Shown one piece after another: positions 56,511 to 64,000 of a stretch of 64,000 nucleotides of DNA; position 1 is the stretch's first letter, and every line of letters starts with the position of its first letter. The translations under genes and the position numbers were made by a program. The DNA lies in NCBI RefSeq assembly GCF_046105845.1, contig NZ_CP151004.1. One strand, given 5' to 3'. The notes under the pieces were generated by a model that was given only the letters and a program-made list of their open reading frames with translations, had not been told where the DNA came from and searched no databases. The DNA comes from Escherichia coli. GTDB lineage: Bacteria > Pseudomonadota > Gammaproteobacteria > Enterobacterales > Enterobacteriaceae.

Positions 56511-58031
56511 ATGTCACTGTCAATTGTTCATACCCGCGCAGCCCTGGGAGTAAATGCGCCCCCAATCACTGTTGAGGTACATATCAGTAAAGGTCTACCC
56601 GGCTTAACGATGGTGGGCTTACCAGAAACAACGGTAAAAGAAGCTCGCGATCGCGTGCGCAGCGCCATTATCAATAGCGGATATGAATATCCGGCGAAAA
56701 AAATCACCATCAACCTTGCTCCAGCCGATCTGCCAAAAGAAGGGGGACGATATGATTTACCTATCGCCATTGCGTTGCTGGCAGCCTCAGAACAGCTTAC
56801 AGCCAATAAGTTAGATGAATATGAATTAGTCGGAGAACTGGCGCTTACAGGCGCTCTGCGTGGCGTTCCCGGCGCAATCTCCAGTGCAACTGAAGCCATT
56901 AAGTCGGGCAGAAAAATTATCGTCGCGAAAGATAACGAGGATGAAGTGGGGCTAATTAACGGTGAAGGATGCCTGATAGCCGATCATCTGCAGGCTGTCT
57001 GTGCGTTTCTGGAGGGTAAGCACGCTCTCGAACGCCCGAAACCAACTGATGCAGTATCCCGGGCGCTACAACATGATCTCAGTGATGTTGTCGGTCAGGA
57101 GCAAGGAAAGCGAGGGCTGGAAATTACCGCCGCTGGCGGGCACAACCTTTTACTGATTGGGCCGCCGGGAACAGGTAAAACAATGCTCGCCAGCCGTATT
57201 AATGGCCTGTTGCCAGATTTAAGCAATGAAGAGGCACTGGAGAGCGCTGCGATATTAAGTCTGGTAAATGCTGAATCAGTACAAAAACAATGGCGGCAGC
57301 GCCCGTTCCGCTCACCTCATCACAGTGCGTCGTTAACTGCGATGGTGGGCGGTGGTGCAATTCCAGGGCCAGGTGAAATTTCGCTGGCGCATAACGGCGT
57401 GCTTTTTCTTGATGAGTTACCTGAATTTGAACGGCGTACACTGGATGCCTTGCGAGAGCCGATTGAATCCGGGCAGATCCATCTTTCACGCACACGAGCA
57501 AAAATAACCTATCCAGCCCGTTTCCAGCTTGTCGCGGCGATGAATCCCAGCCCTACCGGACATTATCAGGGAAACCATAACCGCTGCACACCAGAACAGA
57601 CATTACGTTATCTCAACCGGCTCTCGGGGCCCTTTCTCGACCGCTTCGATCTCTCACTGGAGATCCCATTACCGCCCCCCGGCATTTTGAGTAAAACGGT
57701 AGTGCCGGGAGAAAACAGCACCACCGTTAAACAACGTGTAATGGCCGCCAGAGAGCGCCAATTTAAGCGGCAGAATAAACTGAATGCCTGGCTGGATAAT
57801 CCGGAAATACGCCAATTCTGCAAACTTGAGAGCGAAGATGCGATGTGGTTGGAAGGAACACTGATCCATCTGGGGTTATCGATTCGTGCCTGGCAGCGGT
57901 TACTGAAAGTTGCACGAACCATTGCTGATATTGATCAGTCCGACATTATCACACGTCAGCATTTGCAGGAGGCAGTTAGCTATCGTGCCATTGACCGTTT
58001 GCTCATCCATCTGCAAAAACTACTGACATAA
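56511..58031 (+). CDS. comM: Mg-chelatase-like AAA+ ATPase ComM/YifB
   Basis: ORF 56481..58031; ATG at 56511 preceded by AGGAGG gives the 506-aa protein MSLSIVHTRAALGVNAPPITVEV... with Walker A (GPPGTGKT). Confidence 0.9.
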   Translation: MSLSIVHTRAALGVNAPPITVEVHISKGLPGLTMVGLPETTVKEARDRVRSAIINSGYEYPAKKITINLAPADLPKEGGRYDLPIAIALLAASEQLTANKLDEYELVGELALTGALRGVPGAISSATEAIKSGRKIIVAKDNEDEVGLINGEGCLIADHLQAVCAFLEGKHALERPKPTDAVSRALQHDLSDVVGQEQGKRGLEITAAGGHNLLLIGPPGTGKTMLASRINGLLPDLSNEEALESAAILSLVNAESVQKQWRQRPFRSPHHSASLTAMVGGGAIPGPGEISLAHNGVLFLDELPEFERRTLDALREPIESGQIHLSRTRAKITYPARFQLVAAMNPSPTGHYQGNHNRCTPEQTLRYLNRLSGPFLDRFDLSLEIPLPPPGILSKTVVPGENSTTVKQRVMAARERQFKRQNKLNAWLDNPEIRQFCKLESEDAMWLEGTLIHLGLSIRAWQRLLKVARTIADIDQSDIITRQHLQEAVSYRAIDRLLIHLQKLLT

Positions 58032-58056
58032 AAAAAAGGGCATTTCGCCCTTTTTA
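58030..58056. terminator. Bidirectional terminator between the convergent comM and yifE
   Basis: AAAAAAAAGGGC-ATTTC-GCCCTTTTTATT: hairpin flanked by an A-run and a T-run. Confidence 0.55.
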
Positions 58057-58395
58057 TTAATCGTCAGAATCGGTGTAGTCTTCAGCACCTTCAACCTGCG
58101 GTTTACCGCCGGAAAGGGTGTGAAAACGTTTTGGACGCTTGATACGCGTCATATACTTGGACCACACGCGTTCTGCTTCTGTCACTGGCTCACGTTCGCC
58201 ACGGCATACTGCTACGAAGAGTTTCTCTTCCTCGGTAACCGGCTCGCGTTTGCCAAGATCCAACTCATTGAAGGCATAACCATGACGCTCAAGCAGTTGT
58301 GCCTCTTTGATGGTGAAGTCACCATGACGAGAGAATCCACGTGGATAATGTTTATTGTCGAAATATCGATTAGTCGTCGTAAAGCTTTCCGCCAT
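58057..58395 (-). CDS. maoP: Macrodomain Ori organisation protein MaoP (YifE)
   Basis: 112-aa [45 protein letters not shown]... Confidence 0.9.
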   Translation of the reverse strand: MAESFTTTNRYFDNKHYPRGFSRHGDFTIKEAQLLERHGYAFNELDLGKREPVTEEEKLFVAVCRGEREPVTEAERVWSKYMTRIKRPKRFHTLSGGKPQVEGAEDYTDSDD

Positions 58396-58513
58396 CCTGC
58401 ACGCTCCTAATTCTTTGACCGAGCTAGTTATGGCGCGGAGTATTAGTTACGCTTGACAGAGTGTAAAACAAAACATTTAAATCATAACGACAAATAATTT
58501 TGCGGAGAGCACT

Positions 58514-59353
58514 GTGGATACGGAATTGTTAAAAACTTTCCTGGAAGTTAGCCGAACGCGTCACTTTGGTCGAGCGGCTGAATCGCTCTATCTGACCCAA
58601 TCAGCCGTGAGCTTTCGAATCAGACAACTGGAAAATCAACTGGGTGTGAATCTTTTCACCCGCCACAGAAACAATATCCGTTTAACCGCTGCCGGTGAAA
58701 AACTACTGCCTTATGCAGAAACGCTCATGAGCACCTGGCAGGCCGCCCGTAAGGAGGTGGCGCATACCTCACGACATAACGAGTTTTCTATCGGTGCCAG
58801 CGCCTCATTGTGGGAATGTATGCTTAATCAGTGGCTGGGACGTTTGTATAAAAATCAGGATGCCCATACAGGCTTACAGTTCGAAGCGCGAATTGCCCAA
58901 CGGCAGTCTCTGGTAAAACAGCTGCATGAACGCCAGCTTGATCTTCTTATTACTACTGAAGCGCCCAAAATGGACGAATTTAGCAGTCAGTTGCTCGGGT
59001 ATTTCACTTTAGCGCTTTATACCAGTGCCCCTTCCAAACTAAAGGGAGATCTTAACTATCTGCGACTGGAATGGGGGCCAGATTTTCAACAGCATGAGGC
59101 AGGTTTGATCGGTGCTGACGAAGTTCCCATTCTGACAACCAGTTCTGCTGAACTGGCACAGCAACAGATTGCGACGCTTAATGGTTGCACCTGGCTACCC
59201 GTCAGTTGGGCGCGTAAAAAGGGCGGCCTGCATACCGTTGTCGATAGTACAACACTTTCACGGCCGCTTTATGCCATATGGCTGCAAAATAGCGATAAAA
59301 ATGCGTTGATTCGCGATCTATTGAAAATTAACGTGCTGGATGAAGTGTATTAA
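58514..59353 (+). CDS. hdfR: LysR-family regulator HdfR
   Basis: 279-aa ORF starting at GTG 58514: (M)[43 protein letters not shown]... Confidence 0.9.
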   Translation: MDTELLKTFLEVSRTRHFGRAAESLYLTQSAVSFRIRQLENQLGVNLFTRHRNNIRLTAAGEKLLPYAETLMSTWQAARKEVAHTSRHNEFSIGASASLWECMLNQWLGRLYKNQDAHTGLQFEARIAQRQSLVKQLHERQLDLLITTEAPKMDEFSSQLLGYFTLALYTSAPSKLKGDLNYLRLEWGPDFQQHEAGLIGADEVPILTTSSAELAQQQIATLNGCTWLPVSWARKKGGLHTVVDSTTLSRPLYAIWLQNSDKNALIRDLLKINVLDEVY

Positions 59354-59401
59354 TCTGAATGGCTGGCAAGGATGCCGGTAGAAGGATTTACTTCGGAGAG
59401 G

Positions 59402-59430
59402 TTATTTCAGATAAAAAAAATCCTTAGCTT
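59402..59430 (-). terminator. rrn operon terminator downstream of trpT (also serves the convergent hdfR)
   Basis: Hairpin TCCTTAGC-TTTC-GCTAAGGA flanked by A8 on the plus strand, i.e. U8 on the minus strand. Confidence 0.6.
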
Positions 59431-59437
59431 TCGCTAA

Positions 59438-59513
59438 GGATGATTTCTGGCAGGGGCGGAGAGACTCGAACTCCCAACACCCGGTTTTGGAGACCGGTGC
59501 TCTACCAATTGAA
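59438..59513 (-). tRNA. trpT: tRNA-Trp
   Basis: Reverse complement reads AGGGGCGTAGTTCAATTGGTAGAGCACCGGTCTCCAAAACCGGGTGTTGGGAGTTCGAGTCTCTCCGCCCCTGCCA (anticodon CCA). Confidence 0.95.
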
Positions 59514-59531
59514 CTACGCCCCTAATTAGGG

Positions 59532-59608
59532 TGGCGGAACGGACGGGACTCGAACCCGCGACCCCCTGCGTGACAGGCAGGTATTCTAACCGACTGAACT
59601 ACCGCTCC
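59532..59608 (-). tRNA. aspT: tRNA-Asp
   Basis: Reverse complement reads GGAGCGGTAGTTCAGTCGGTTAGAATACCTGCCTGTCACGCAGGGGGTCGCGGGTTCGAGTCCCGTCCGTTCCGCCA (anticodon GUC). Confidence 0.95.
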
Positions 59609-59660
59609 ACCGAATTCTTTTACAACCACCGGTTTTATGACCGGCTTACTGCTTAATTTG

Positions 59661-59780
59661 ATGCCTGGCAGTTCCCTACTCTCGCATGGGGAGACCCCAC
59701 ACTACCATCGGCGCTACGGCGTTTCACTTCTGAGTTCGGCATGGGGTCAGGTGGGACCACCGCGCTACGGCCGCCAGGCA
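59661..59780 (-). rRNA. rrfC: 5S ribosomal RNA
   Basis: 120 nt; reverse complement begins TGCCTGGCGGCCGTAGCGCGGTGGTCCCACCTGACCCCATGCCGAACTCAG and ends ...AGGGAACTGCCAGGCAT. Confidence 0.95.
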
Positions 59781-59871
59781 AATTCTGTTTATCAGACCGC
59801 TTCTGCGTTCTGATTTAATCTGTATCAGGCTGAAAATCTTCTCTCATCCGCCAAAACATCTTCGGCGTTGT

Positions 59872-62776
<2,905 letters not shown>

Positions 62777-62969
62777 TCACAACCCGAAGATGTTTCTTTC
62801 GACTCATCATCGTGTTGCGAAAATTTGAGAGACTCACGAACAACTTTCGTTGTTCAGTGTTTCAATTTTCAGCTTGATCCAGATTTTTAAAGAGCAAATA
62901 TCTCAAACATCACCCGAAGATGAGTTTTGAGATATTAAGGCAGGTGACTTTCACTCACAAACCAGCAAG

Positions 62970-63045
62970 TGGCGTCCCCTAGGGGATTCGAACCCCTGTT
63001 ACCGCCGTGAAAGGGCGGTGTCCTGGGCCTCTAGACGAAGGGGAC
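62970..63045 (-). tRNA. gltU: tRNA-Glu (16S-23S spacer tRNA)
   Basis: Reverse complement reads GTCCCCTTCGTCTAGAGGCCCAGGACACCGCCCTTTCACGGCGGTAACAGGGGTTCGAATCCCCTAGGGGACGCCA (anticodon UUC). Confidence 0.95.
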
Positions 63046-63130
63046 GTATCAGTCTGCTTCGCAAGACGCCTTGCTTTTCACTTTCTATCAGACAATCTGT
63101 GTGAGCACTGCAAAGTACGCTTCTTTAAGG

Positions 63131-64000
<870 letters not shown>

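Overview
This window is a contiguous, almost entirely core-genome stretch of an Escherichia coli-type chromosome, in the reverse orientation to the usual K-12 map. In order it carries: recQ (5' part), pldA, yigI, rarD, yigG, yigF, corA, yigE, an extra DUF62-family gene, uvrD, the dapF-yigA-xerC-yigB operon, yifL, cyaY, cyaA, hemCDXY, the GlmZ sRNA, aslA, aslB, the argX-hisR-leuT-proM tRNA operon, yifK, the complete 12-gene enterobacterial common antigen (wec/rff) cluster, rho with its leader, trxA, rhlB, gppA, rep, ppiC, ilvC, ilvY, the ilvLXGMEDA operon, comM (yifB), yifE, hdfR and most of an rrnC-type rRNA operon (trpT, aspT, 5S, 23S, gltU, 3' part of 16S). Gene calls rest on the supplied ORF track plus my recollection of the E. 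coli proteins; no searches were run. Where the ORF track over-extends an N-terminus I moved the start to the internal Met/GTG/TTG that gives the known protein length. I found no CRISPR array, IS element, prophage or toxin-antitoxin signature. The most unusual feature is a signal-peptide-bearing DUF62 (SAM hydroxide adenosyltransferase-like) gene between yigE and uvrD, which I believe is absent from K-12. Other departures from K-12 are an intact 548-aa ilvG and a longer Pro-Ala hexanucleotide repeat in hemX. I do not see a convincing wholly undescribed system here.
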